A stretch of 64,000 nucleotides of DNA. It comes from Escherichia coli O127:H6 str. E2348/69 (lineage in GTDB: Bacteria > Pseudomonadota > Gammaproteobacteria > Enterobacterales > Enterobacteriaceae). The stretch is taken from NCBI RefSeq assembly GCF_000026545.1, contig NC_011601.1. One strand, 5' to 3'. Under the pieces are notes generated by a model. That model saw nothing but the letters and a program-made list of their open reading frames with translations. It did not search any database and was not told where the DNA came from. Position 1 is the first letter of the stretch. Each line of letters starts with the position of its first letter. A program made the translations under genes and the position numbers. Positions 1-9,767 of the stretch are shown here, in pieces.

Positions 1-236
<236 letters not shown>

Positions 237-306
237 TTACGCATAAATAAATATGAAATTATAATCACAAAATATGCATAAAAAATCACTGAATGGCAAT
301 CAGAAA

Positions 307-870
307 TCAGCGATGCAGAAAATTAGCCAGCAGTTGATGTCCTTGTTCGCTAAGAATACTTTCTGGATGGAACTGCACACCTTCCAGATCCCACTGGCGA
401 TGGCGAATCCCCATAATCTCGCGGGTTTCGCTCCAGGCCGTCACTTCAAAGCACTCCGGTAATGAGTCAGGTTCCACCACCAGCGAATGGTAGCGTGTCA
501 CGGTGAGTGGATTTGCCAGCCCCTTAAATACGCCCACACTATTATGTGTAATCGGCGAGGTTTTGCCGTGCATGACCTTTGCGGCGCGCACAACTTTGCC
601 GCCAAATGCCTGCGCCATTGCCTGATGACCGAGGCAGACGCCAAGAATCGGCAAGCGTCCGGCATAGTGACGAATAACGTCAAGGGAGATCCCGGCTTCA
701 TCTGGCGTACAGGGGCCGGGTGAGATGGCAATTTTTTGTGGTTTAAGGGCGTCGATATCCGCCAACGTCAACGCATCGTTGCGCTTAACCAACACATCCG
801 CCCCCAGTTCACAAAAGTACTGGTAGAGGTTCCAGGTAAAAGAATCGTAGTTATCAATAAGCAGGATCAT
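307..870 (-). CDS. pabA: Aminodeoxychorismate synthase glutamine amidotransferase subunit (PabA), 187 aa
   Basis: ORF 307..870 (-), 187 aa, begins [19 protein letters not shown] and contains the class-I amidotransferase GVCLGHQ catalytic-Cys motif; length matches PabA. Confidence 0.95.
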   Translation of the reverse strand: MILLIDNYDSFTWNLYQYFCELGADVLVKRNDALTLADIDALKPQKIAISPGPCTPDEAGISLDVIRHYAGRLPILGVCLGHQAMAQAFGGKVVRAAKVMHGKTSPITHNSVGVFKGLANPLTVTRYHSLVVEPDSLPECFEVTAWSETREIMGIRHRQWDLEGVQFHPESILSEQGHQLLANFLHR

Positions 871-901
871 GGCGGCTCCGGTACGAAAGAACCGCGCTAT
901 T

Positions 902-1504
902 TTACTCAGATTCCCCGGCTTCGCTTACCACTTTGCTAAATATCATCTGCAGCGCGGTGAGATCCCCCATTGCCCCATTCTGATTTGCCTGATTCCAGGC
1001 CTCTTTTTCGATACCCTGCCAGCTCAGTTGATATCCGGCATGAATCGCCAGTTGCTCGAAGAAGATCCGCTGTGCCAAACCACTTCCCACACGGAAGGGA
1101 TGCAGCACGTTGATTTCACAATAGTAATGCGCCAACCGCTCGACGAATTTATCTTTCTCAAGGCTAGTCAGATACTTCTCTTCCTCCAAATCCTGCATCA
1201 GGGCATTGCCCTCTTTTTCGAGATAGGCAAAGTGGCAGAACGGCGTATCTCCCTGATAAATATCGACTTCGCGCAGTTGCCCCGCCCAGTCGAAAATATC
1301 CTGATACAACTGGCGATGAAGAGTACGCAAATGCGGTAAACCGCGCACCAGCGGACCAAGCTCAATGGTCGCAGCACGCAGCGCCGTCATTTCGTAAGCG
1401 ACCTGTTCCAGCCGCTGCTGCTGGCGGATGTTGAGCTTGTTACGCATGATATCGAGACCAGGATAAAGATACGGATCGCGCCCTTCGCCGAATTTATCGC
1501 TCAT
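902..1504 (-). CDS. fic: Fic-family protein (cell filamentation protein Fic), 200 aa
   Basis: ORF 902..1504 (-), 200 aa, begins [26 protein letters not shown]; Fic-domain His motif region present ([12 protein letters not shown]); pabA-fic-yhfG synteny. Confidence 0.93.
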   Translation of the reverse strand: MSDKFGEGRDPYLYPGLDIMRNKLNIRQQQRLEQVAYEMTALRAATIELGPLVRGLPHLRTLHRQLYQDIFDWAGQLREVDIYQGDTPFCHFAYLEKEGNALMQDLEEEKYLTSLEKDKFVERLAHYYCEINVLHPFRVGSGLAQRIFFEQLAIHAGYQLSWQGIEKEAWNQANQNGAMGDLTALQMIFSKVVSEAGESE

Positions 1505-1661
1505 AGTGCCTCCTCAGCGCTTCAAGACGCGCTAAAGCCTCTGCGGCAGTAAGAGTGACTAAAGGCATCTCGACGCCTTCAAGACGGCGACTGGCCTGGA
1601 AATTACGATTACGCTGAAGCTCCCAGAGACGGGACTTTTGCTTATCGGTGAGTTTCTTCAC
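1494..1661 (-). CDS. yhfG: Small Fic-associated protein YhfG (putative antitoxin-like partner of Fic), 55 aa, GTG start
   Basis: Minus-strand reading from GTG at 1659-1661 gives [55 protein letters not shown], ending TAA at 1494-1496, which overlaps the fic ATG (1502-1504). A GGAGG ribosome-binding site lies just upstream. Not in the ORF track because it is under 60 aa. Confidence 0.8.
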   Translation of the reverse strand: MKKLTDKQKSRLWELQRNRNFQASRRLEGVEMPLVTLTAAEALARLEALRRHYER

Positions 1662-1734
1662 TTGATGCCTCCCTGAACGTGTCCATTTGCCACAAGTATA
1701 AGCGGCAAATCTGGGTTACGCCGGGAGAGCAGAA

Positions 1735-1757
1735 GCGCGGGCAAGATTGCCCGCGCG
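1735..1757 (-). terminator. Possible hairpin terminator downstream of ppiA
   Basis: GC-rich inverted repeat gcgggc...gcccgc between the ppiA stop (1766) and yhfG; the downstream U-tract on the minus strand is weak. Confidence 0.35.
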
Positions 1758-1765
1758 AGAAATCA

Positions 1766-2347
<582 letters not shown>

Positions 2348-2608
2348 TTAACAAACAGAGCAGAAAAAAAGCAAGTGAAGAGATTCTAAATAGCCTTCAA
2401 GAACAAGGCCATCCCTTTACCTAATTTTACGTATCTGAAATATATGTAACCTGAGGATAACTTTTTATTCCGTGATCAAAATCACCTCTTAAAATGCAAT
2501 TTAGCAACCGATTGCAATAAAACATTTAATCAGATCACAAAATCGCCTAAAATCGCCCGCTCGCGGCATAGCCCGCTATGCCATTTTATTTTTGAACGCA
2601 GGCCAATC

Positions 2609-3790
2609 ATGACTAACAGCAATCGCATCAAGCTCACATGGATTAGCTTTCTTTCCTACGCACTGACCGGTGCGTTGGTTATTGTCACCGGGATGGTGAT
2701 GGGAAATATCGCCGATTATTTCAATCTGCCTGTTTCCAGCATGAGTAACACCTTCACCTTCCTCAATGCCGGCATTTTAATCTCTATCTTCCTCAACGCC
2801 TGGCTGATGGAAATCGTCCCGTTGAAAACGCAGTTACGTTTTGGCTTTCTCCTGATGGTGCTGGCGGTTGCCGGTTTGATGTTCAGCCACAGCCTGGCGC
2901 TGTTCTCGGCGGCGATGTTCATTCTCGGGGTGGTCAGCGGCATCACCATGTCGATTGGTACATTCCTGGTAACACAAATGTATGAAGGACGTCAGCGCGG
3001 TTCACGCCTGTTATTTACCGACTCCTTCTTCAGTATGGCCGGGATGATTTTCCCAATGATCGCCGCGTTTCTGCTGGCACGTAGCATTGAGTGGTACTGG
3101 GTTTATGCCTGCATCGGGCTGGTGTATGTTGCTATTTTTATTCTGACCTTCGGCTGTGAATTCCCGGCACTGGGCAAACATGCGCCAAAAACAGATGCTC
3201 CGGTAGAGAAAGAAAAGTGGGGGATCGGCGTACTGTTTCTCTCTGTTGCGGCGCTGTGCTACATCCTCGGTCAGTTAGGTTTTATCTCCTGGGTGCCAGA
3301 ATATGCCAAAGGTCTGGGTATGAGCCTGAATGACGCTGGCACGCTGGTAAGTAACTTCTGGATGTCGTACATGGTCGGCATGTGGGCGTTCAGCTTTATT
3401 CTTCGCTTCTTTGATTTGCAGCGCATTCTGACCGTACTGGCTGGTCTGGCTGCGATTCTGATGTACGTCTTTAACACCGGAACACCGGCACATATGGCGT
3501 GGTCAATTCTCGCCCTGGGCTTCTTCTCCAGCGCGATCTATACCACCATCATCACCCTGGGTTCACAGCAGACCAAAGTACCGTCGCCAAAACTGGTTAA
3601 CTTTGTCCTGACCTGCGGGACCATCGGTACTATGTTGACCTTTGTGGTTACCGGCCCGATTGTTGAACATAGTGGTCCGCAGGCGGCGCTGCTGACGGCA
3701 AACGGTCTGTACGCTGTCGTCTTTGTGATGTGCTTCCTGTTAGGTTTCGTCAGCCGTCACCGTCAGCATAACACCCTGACCTCTCATTAA
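2609..3790 (+). CDS. tsgA: MFS-family inner-membrane transporter TsgA, 393 aa
   Basis: ORF 2609..3790 (+), 393 aa, multi-pass hydrophobic protein; divergent from ppiA and upstream of nirB as in E. coli. Confidence 0.9.
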
Positions 3791-3950
3791 TTGTTCATGC
3801 CGGGCGGCACTATCGTCGTCCGGCCTTTTCCTCTCTTACTCTGCTACGTACATCTATTTATATAAATCCGTTCAATTTGTCTGTTTTTTGCACAAACATG
3901 AAATGTCAGACAATTCCGTGACTTAAGAAAATTTATACAAATCAGCAACA

Positions 3951-3966
3951 TACCCCTTAAGGAGTA
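3951..3966 (+). promoter_or_regulatory. NarL/NarP 7-2-7 heptamer pair in the nirB promoter (about -69.5)
   Basis: Sequence TACCCCTTAAGGAGTA is an inverted heptamer pair (TACCCCT / AGGAGTA); its centre lies 28 bp upstream of the centre of the FNR box, the spacing expected for the nirB promoter. Confidence 0.7.
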
Positions 3967-3979
3967 TATAAAGGTGAAT

Positions 3980-3993
3980 TTGATTTACATCAA
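3980..3993 (+). promoter_or_regulatory. FNR binding site (TTGAT-N4-ATCAA) of the nirB promoter, about -41.5
   Basis: Perfect TTGATttacATCAA at 3980-3993; a TAAGGT -10-like hexamer about 28 bp downstream; nirB ATG at 4052. Confidence 0.85.
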
Positions 3994-4051
3994 TAAGCGG
4001 GGTTGCTGAATCGTTAAGGTAGGCGGTAATAGAAAAGAAATCGAGGCAAAA

Positions 4052-6595
4052 ATGAGCAAAGTCAGACTCGCAATTATCGGTAACGGTATGGTCGGCCATC
4101 GCTTTATCGAAGATCTTCTTGATAAATCTGATGCGGCCAACTTTGATATTACCGTTTTCTGTGAAGAACCGCGCATCGCTTATGACCGCGTACACCTCTC
4201 GTCTTACTTCTCTCACCACACCGCCGAAGAGCTGTCGCTGGTGCGCGAAGGCTTCTACGAGAAACACGGCATCAAAGTTCTGGTCGGCGAACGCGCTATC
4301 ACCATCAACCGTCAGGAGAAGGTGATTCACTCCAGCGCCGGACGTACCGTTTTTTATGACAAGCTGATCATGGCGACCGGTTCCTACCCGTGGATCCCGC
4401 CAATTAAAGGTTCTGATACTCAGGACTGCTTTGTCTATCGCACCATTGAAGACCTCAACGCCATTGAATCCTGCGCTCGTCGCAGCAAGCGCGGTGCCGT
4501 TGTTGGTGGCGGCCTGTTAGGTCTGGAAGCTGCTGGCGCGCTGAAAAACTTAGGCATTGAAACCCACGTTATCGAATTTGCCCCTATGCTGATGGCGGAA
4601 CAGCTTGATCAGATGGGCGGCGAGCAGCTGCGTCGCAAAATCGAAAGTATGGGCGTGCGCGTTCACACCAGCAAAAACACTCTTGAGATTGTGCAGGAAG
4701 GTGTTGAAGCGCGTAAAACCATGCGTTTTGCCGACGGCAGCGAACTGGAAGTCGACTTTATCGTCTTCTCTACCGGTATCCGTCCGCGCGATAAGCTGGC
4801 AACCCAGTGTGGTCTGGACGTTGCTCCGCGTGGGGGTATCGTCATAAATGATTCCTGCCAGACTTCCGATCCGGATATCTACGCCATCGGTGAATGCGCA
4901 AGCTGGAACAACCGTGTATTTGGTCTGGTAGCACCAGGCTACAAAATGGCGCAGGTCGCCGTTGACCATATTCTTGGTAGCGAAAACGCCTTTGAAGGTG
5001 CAGACCTTAGCGCCAAGCTGAAACTGCTGGGCGTAGACGTAGGCGGTATTGGTGATGCGCACGGTCGCACGCCTGGCGCACGTAGCTACGTTTACCTCGA
5101 CGAAAGCAAAGAGATCTACAAACGCCTGATTGTCAGCGAAGACAACAAGACGCTGCTCGGTGCGGTACTGGTGGGCGATACCAGCGACTACGGCAACCTG
5201 CTGCAACTGGTGCTGAACGCTATCGAACTGCCGGAAAACCCGGATTCTCTGATTCTGCCAGCGCACTCGGGTAGCGGTAAGCCGTCTATCGGTGTTGATA
5301 AACTGCCGGACAGTGCGCAAATCTGCTCCTGCTTCGACGTCACCAAAGGCGATCTGATTGCTGCTATCAACAAAGGCTGCCACACCGTTGCGGCGCTGAA
5401 AGCCGAAACCAAAGCGGGTACTGGCTGCGGTGGCTGTATCCCGCTGGTCACTCAGGTACTGAACGCGGAACTGGCGAAACAGGGCATCGAAGTTAACAAC
5501 AACCTGTGCGAACACTTTGCTTATTCGCGTCAGGAACTGTTCCATTTGATCCGCGTTGAAGGCATTAAAACCTTCGAAGAACTGCTGGCGAAACACGGCA
5601 AAGGTTACGGTTGTGAAGTTTGTAAACCGACCGTCGGTTCGCTGCTGGCCTCCTGCTGGAACGAATACATTCTGAAGCCGGAACATACTCCGCTGCAGGA
5701 TTCTAACGACAACTTCCTCGCGAACATCCAGAAAGACGGCACCTACTCGGTGATCCCGCGTTCTCCGGGCGGTGAAATCACCCCGGAAGGGCTGATGGCA
5801 GTGGGTCGTATCGCGCGTGAATTTAATCTCTACACCAAAATCACCGGCTCTCAGCGCCTGGCGATGTTTGGCGCACAGAAAGACGATCTGCCAGAGATCT
5901 GGCGTCAACTGATTGAAGCCGGCTTCGAAACCGGTCATGCCTATGCGAAAGCACTGCGTATGGCGAAAACCTGCGTGGGTAGCACCTGGTGCCGCTATGG
6001 CGTTGGCGACAGCGTCGGCCTCGGCGTGGAACTGGAAAATCGCTACAAAGGCATCCGTACGCCGCACAAAATGAAGTTCGGTGTCTCCGGCTGTACCCGT
6101 GAATGTTCAGAAGCTCAGGGTAAAGACGTGGGTATTATCGCCACTGAAAAAGGCTGGAACCTGTATGTTTGCGGTAACGGCGGCATGAAACCGCGTCATG
6201 CGGATCTGCTGGCAGCGGATATCGATCGCGAAACGCTGATTAAATATCTTGACCGCTTCATGATGTTCTACATCCGTACTGCCGACAAACTGACGCGTAC
6301 CGCGCCGTGGTTAGAAAACCTCGAAGGTGGCATCGATTACCTGAAAGCGGTGATCATTGACGACAAACTGGGGCTGAACGCACATCTGGAAGAAGAGATG
6401 GCGCGCCTGCGTGAAGCGGTAGTATGTGAGTGGACTGAGACGGTCAATACACCGTCCGCGCAGACTCGCTTCAAACACTTCATCAACAGCGACAAGCGTG
6501 ACCCGAACGTGCAGATGGTGCCAGAGCGCGAACAGCACCGTCCGGCAACGCCGTATGAACGTATCCCGGTAACTCTGGTGGAGGACAACGCATGA
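4052..6595 (+). CDS. nirB: NADH-dependent nitrite reductase large subunit NirB, 847 aa
   Basis: ORF 4052..6595 (+), 847 aa; N-terminal FAD/NAD Rossmann motif (LAIIGNGMVGHRF), siroheme/Fe-S Cys clusters near the C-terminus; stop overlaps the nirD start. Confidence 0.96.
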   Translation: MSKVRLAIIGNGMVGHRFIEDLLDKSDAANFDITVFCEEPRIAYDRVHLSSYFSHHTAEELSLVREGFYEKHGIKVLVGERAITINRQEKVIHSSAGRTVFYDKLIMATGSYPWIPPIKGSDTQDCFVYRTIEDLNAIESCARRSKRGAVVGGGLLGLEAAGALKNLGIETHVIEFAPMLMAEQLDQMGGEQLRRKIESMGVRVHTSKNTLEIVQEGVEARKTMRFADGSELEVDFIVFSTGIRPRDKLATQCGLDVAPRGGIVINDSCQTSDPDIYAIGECASWNNRVFGLVAPGYKMAQVAVDHILGSENAFEGADLSAKLKLLGVDVGGIGDAHGRTPGARSYVYLDESKEIYKRLIVSEDNKTLLGAVLVGDTSDYGNLLQLVLNAIELPENPDSLILPAHSGSGKPSIGVDKLPDSAQICSCFDVTKGDLIAAINKGCHTVAALKAETKAGTGCGGCIPLVTQVLNAELAKQGIEVNNNLCEHFAYSRQELFHLIRVEGIKTFEELLAKHGKGYGCEVCKPTVGSLLASCWNEYILKPEHTPLQDSNDNFLANIQKDGTYSVIPRSPGGEITPEGLMAVGRIAREFNLYTKITGSQRLAMFGAQKDDLPEIWRQLIEAGFETGHAYAKALRMAKTCVGSTWCRYGVGDSVGLGVELENRYKGIRTPHKMKFGVSGCTRECSEAQGKDVGIIATEKGWNLYVCGNGGMKPRHADLLAADIDRETLIKYLDRFMMFYIRTADKLTRTAPWLENLEGGIDYLKAVIIDDKLGLNAHLEEEMARLREAVVCEWTETVNTPSAQTRFKHFINSDKRDPNVQMVPEREQHRPATPYERIPVTLVEDNA

Positions 6596-6918
6596 GCCAG
6601 TGGAAAGACATCTGCAAAATCGATGACATCCTGCCTGAAACCGGCGTCTGCGCGCTGTTAGGTGACGAACAAGTAGCAATTTTCCGCCCGTATCACAGCG
6701 ATCAGGTGTTTGCGATCAGCAACATCGACCCGTTCTTCGAGTCCAGCGTGCTGTCACGCGGGTTGATTGCGGAACACCAGGGCGAGCTGTGGGTCGCCAG
6801 CCCGCTGAAAAAGCAGCGTTTTCGCTTAAGCGACGGCTTGTGCATGGAAGACGAACAGTTTTCCGTCAAGCATTACGACGCGCGAGTGAAAGACGGCGTG
6901 GTACAGCTGCGCGGTTAA
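6592..6918 (+). CDS. nirD: Nitrite reductase small subunit NirD, 108 aa
   Basis: ORF 6592..6918 (+), 108 aa (MSQWKDICKIDDILPETGVCALLGDEQVAIFRP...); ATGA start/stop overlap with nirB. Confidence 0.95.
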   Translation: MSQWKDICKIDDILPETGVCALLGDEQVAIFRPYHSDQVFAISNIDPFFESSVLSRGLIAEHQGELWVASPLKKQRFRLSDGLCMEDEQFSVKHYDARVKDGVVQLRG

Positions 6919-6927
6919 TATTTTAAC

Positions 6928-6953
6928 GGGAGGCGCAATGCCTCCCCTTTTTG
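6928..6953 (+). terminator. Hairpin plus T-tract immediately after nirD (intra-operon terminator/attenuator)
   Basis: gggaggc-gcaat-gcctccc (7-bp GC-rich stem) followed by cttttt, 10 bp after the nirD stop. Confidence 0.6.
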
Positions 6954-7043
6954 CATGGTCCTGTAATAACCTTCGGCATATTGCAGGACATTTTTTAAAC
7001 TTTTTGTTTTATTTTTTGTTTTTATTTTTTAAAGGATAATCAA

Positions 7044-7850
7044 ATGTTTACAGACACTATTACTAAGTGTGCGGCTAACGCTGCGCGCATTGCACGCCTG
7101 TCGGCAAATAACCCGCTCGGCTTTTGGGTCAGCTCCGCGATGGCGGGCGCGTATGTGGGTCTTGGGATCATCCTGATTTTCACGCTCGGTAATTTGCTCG
7201 ACCCGTCCGTACGTCCTCTGGTGATGGGCGCGACCTTTGGTATCGCCTTAACGCTGGTCATTATTGCTGGTTCTGAATTGTTCACCGGACACACCATGTT
7301 CCTCACCTTTGGGGTGAAAGCGGGCACCATCAGCCACGGGCAAATGTGGGCAATCCTGCCGCAAACCTGGCTGGGTAACCTGGTCGGTTCCGTCTTCGTT
7401 GCCATGCTTTATAGCTGGGGCGGCGGTAGCCTGCTGCCGGTCGATACCAGCATCGTTCACTCCGTTGCGCTGGCTAAAACCACTGCACCGGCAATGGTAC
7501 TGTTCTTCAAAGGTGCATTGTGTAACTGGCTGGTTTGTCTGGCTATCTGGATGGCGCTGCGCACTGAAGGGGCGGCGAAATTTATCGCTATCTGGTGGTG
7601 TTTGCTGGCATTTATCGCGTCCGGCTACGAGCACTCCATCGCTAACATGACGCTGTTCGCACTCTCCTGGTTCGGCAACCACAGCGAAGCCTACACGCTG
7701 GCGGGCATTGGTCATAACCTGCTGTGGGTGACGCTGGGTAATACTTTATCGGGTGCCGTATTCATGGGATTGGGTTATTGGTATGCTACGCCGAAAGCGA
7801 ATCGTCCGGTTGCGGACAAATTTAATCAAACTGAAACGGCTGCCGGTTAA
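7044..7850 (+). CDS. nirC: Nitrite transporter NirC (formate/nitrite transporter family), 268 aa
   Basis: ORF 7044..7850 (+), 268 aa, FNT-family membrane protein (MFTDTITKCAANAARIARLSANNPLGFW...). Confidence 0.95.
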   Translation: MFTDTITKCAANAARIARLSANNPLGFWVSSAMAGAYVGLGIILIFTLGNLLDPSVRPLVMGATFGIALTLVIIAGSELFTGHTMFLTFGVKAGTISHGQMWAILPQTWLGNLVGSVFVAMLYSWGGGSLLPVDTSIVHSVALAKTTAPAMVLFFKGALCNWLVCLAIWMALRTEGAAKFIAIWWCLLAFIASGYEHSIANMTLFALSWFGNHSEAYTLAGIGHNLLWVTLGNTLSGAVFMGLGYWYATPKANRPVADKFNQTETAAG

Positions 7851-7868
7851 TTACTAAGGGGTTTTTAC

Positions 7869-9242
7869 GTGGATCATTTGCCTATATTTTGCCAATTACG
7901 CGATCGCGACTGTCTGATTGTCGGCGGTGGTGATGTCGCGGAACGCAAAGCAAGGTTGCTGTTAGACGCAGGCGCTCGCTTAACGGTGAATGCATTAGCG
8001 TTTATTCCACAGTTCACCGCATGGGCAGATGCAGGCATGTTAACCCTCGTCGAAGGGCCATTTGATGAAAGCCTTCTCGACACCTGCTGGCTGGCGATTG
8101 CAGCGACAGATGATGACGCGCTTAACCAGCGCGTCAGCGAAGCCGCTGAAGCTCGTCGCATCTTCTGTAACGTGGTCGATGCGCCGAAAGCCGCCAGCTT
8201 TATTATGCCGTCGATTATTGACCGCTCGCCGCTCATGGTAGCGGTCTCCTCTGGCGGCACCTCTCCGGTTCTGGCGCGCCTGTTGCGCGAAAAACTCGAA
8301 TCACTGCTGCCGTTACATCTGGGCCAGGTAGCGAAATACGCCGGGCAATTACGCGGGCGAGTGAAACAACAGTTCGCCACGATGGGTGAGCGTCGCCGTT
8401 TCTGGGAGAAATTATTCGTTAACGACCGCCTGGCGCAGTCGCTGGCCAACAACGATCAGAAAGCCATTACTGAAACCACCGAACAGTTAATCAACGAACC
8501 GCTCGACCATCGCGGTGAAGTGGTGCTGGTTGGTGCAGGTCCGGGCGATGCCGGGCTGCTGACACTGAAAGGTCTGCAACAAATTCAGCAGGCAGATGTG
8601 GTGGTCTACGACCGTCTGGTTTCTGACGATATTATGAATCTGGTACGCCGCGATGCTGATCGCGTTTTCGTCGGCAAACGCGCGGGATACCACTGCGTAC
8701 CGCAGGAAGAGATTAACCAGATCCTGCTGCGGGAAGCGCAAAAAGGTAAACGCGTGGTGCGTCTGAAAGGCGGCGATCCGTTTATTTTCGGGCGTGGCGG
8801 AGAAGAGCTGGAAACACTGTGCAACGCGGGTATTCCATTCTCGGTGGTTCCGGGTATTACCGCAGCTTCTGGTTGCTCTGCCTATTCGGGTATTCCGCTC
8901 ACGCATCGCGATTATGCCCAGAGCGTACGCTTAATTACTGGACACTTAAAAACCGGTGGCGAGCTGGACTGGGAAAACCTGGCGGCAGAAAAACAGACGC
9001 TGGTGTTTTATATGGGGCTGAATCAGGCTGCAACTATTCAGCAAAAGCTGATTGAATACGGTATGCCTGGTGAAATGCCGGTGGCAATTGTCGAAAACGG
9101 AACGGCAGTCACGCAGCGCGTGATTGACGGTACGCTCACGCAGCTGGGCGAACTGGCGCAGCAAATGAACAGTCCATCGCTAATTATTATTGGTCGGGTT
9201 GTTGGCCTGCGCGATAAATTGAACTGGTTCTCTAACCATTAA
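7869..9242 (+). CDS. cysG: Siroheme synthase CysG (uroporphyrinogen-III methyltransferase / precorrin-2 dehydrogenase / ferrochelatase), 457 aa, GTG start
   Basis: ORF 7869..9242 (+), 457 aa; N-terminal NAD-binding [18 protein letters not shown]-terminal methyltransferase domain ([18 protein letters not shown]). Confidence 0.95.
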   Translation: MDHLPIFCQLRDRDCLIVGGGDVAERKARLLLDAGARLTVNALAFIPQFTAWADAGMLTLVEGPFDESLLDTCWLAIAATDDDALNQRVSEAAEARRIFCNVVDAPKAASFIMPSIIDRSPLMVAVSSGGTSPVLARLLREKLESLLPLHLGQVAKYAGQLRGRVKQQFATMGERRRFWEKLFVNDRLAQSLANNDQKAITETTEQLINEPLDHRGEVVLVGAGPGDAGLLTLKGLQQIQQADVVVYDRLVSDDIMNLVRRDADRVFVGKRAGYHCVPQEEINQILLREAQKGKRVVRLKGGDPFIFGRGGEELETLCNAGIPFSVVPGITAASGCSAYSGIPLTHRDYAQSVRLITGHLKTGGELDWENLAAEKQTLVFYMGLNQAATIQQKLIEYGMPGEMPVAIVENGTAVTQRVIDGTLTQLGELAQQMNSPSLIIIGRVVGLRDKLNWFSNH

Positions 9243-9251
9243 TTTAACCAG

Positions 9252-9274
9252 GGCCAGAGAAGTCTGGCCTTTTT
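9252..9274 (+). terminator. Rho-independent terminator after cysG
   Basis: ggccaga-gaag-tctggcc hairpin followed by ttttt, 10 nt after the cysG stop. Confidence 0.75.
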
Positions 9275-9493
9275 CGTTTACAACTCTCTTTATATATTCA
9301 GCAGATAAAAACATAACCCCTTAATAAATATTGTCTGCTAATGGGTTATATTCACCGTTACAGCGACTTACAAAATTAAATCAATCGCTCACTGACGCTA
9401 ATTGAATATTCCTGTATCGTTCTTAATGAGCAGTCTGCTTATATTCATATAATCAATGAATATTAATTAATATATAATACATAGGGAATGTAA

Positions 9494-9661
9494 ATGAACA
9501 AATTTATTAAAGTTGCACTGGTAGGCGCAGTACTGGCTACGTTAACTGCATGTACTGGTCATATTGAAAACCGTGATAAGAACTGCTCTTACGACTACCT
9601 GCTGCACCCGGCAATTTCTATTTCTAAAATCATTGGCAGTTGCGGTCCGACTGCACAGTAA
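9494..9661 (+). CDS. yhfL: Small lipoprotein YhfL, 55 aa
   Basis: ATG at 9494; translation MNKFIKVALVGAVLATLTACTGHIENRDKNCSYDYLLHPAISISKIIGSCGPTAQ with a lipobox (LTAC); below the ORF-track size cutoff. Confidence 0.8.
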   Translation: MNKFIKVALVGAVLATLTACTGHIENRDKNCSYDYLLHPAISISKIIGSCGPTAQ

Positions 9662-9702
9662 GTCTCTGACAGAAATCGGCTAACGCCGGTTTAATTGCCT
9701 GA

Positions 9703-9740
9703 CGCCCTCGGAGTTATCCGAGGGCGTATTTATTTCTGCA
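9703..9740 (+). terminator. Rho-independent terminator after yhfL (at the yhfL/yhfS convergent junction)
   Basis: acgccctcgg-agttat-ccgagggcgt (10-bp stem) followed by atttatttct. Confidence 0.7.
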
Positions 9741-9767
9741 TTCTTTTCGAAAACATCATGCACAAGA

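Noticed and set aside
4550-6067. 505-aa ORF on the minus strand, entirely antisense to nirB
   Set aside because: Lies wholly inside the strongly recognised nirB gene; Arg/Ala/Gly/Val-rich composition typical of antisense reading of GC-rich coding DNA; no ribosome-binding site or promoter context.
9243-9493. AT-rich 250-bp spacer between cysG and yhfL as a possible small RNA or mobile-element scar
   Set aside because: Contains only the cysG terminator and an AT-rich promoter-like region for yhfL; no inverted repeats or conserved structure were recognised.
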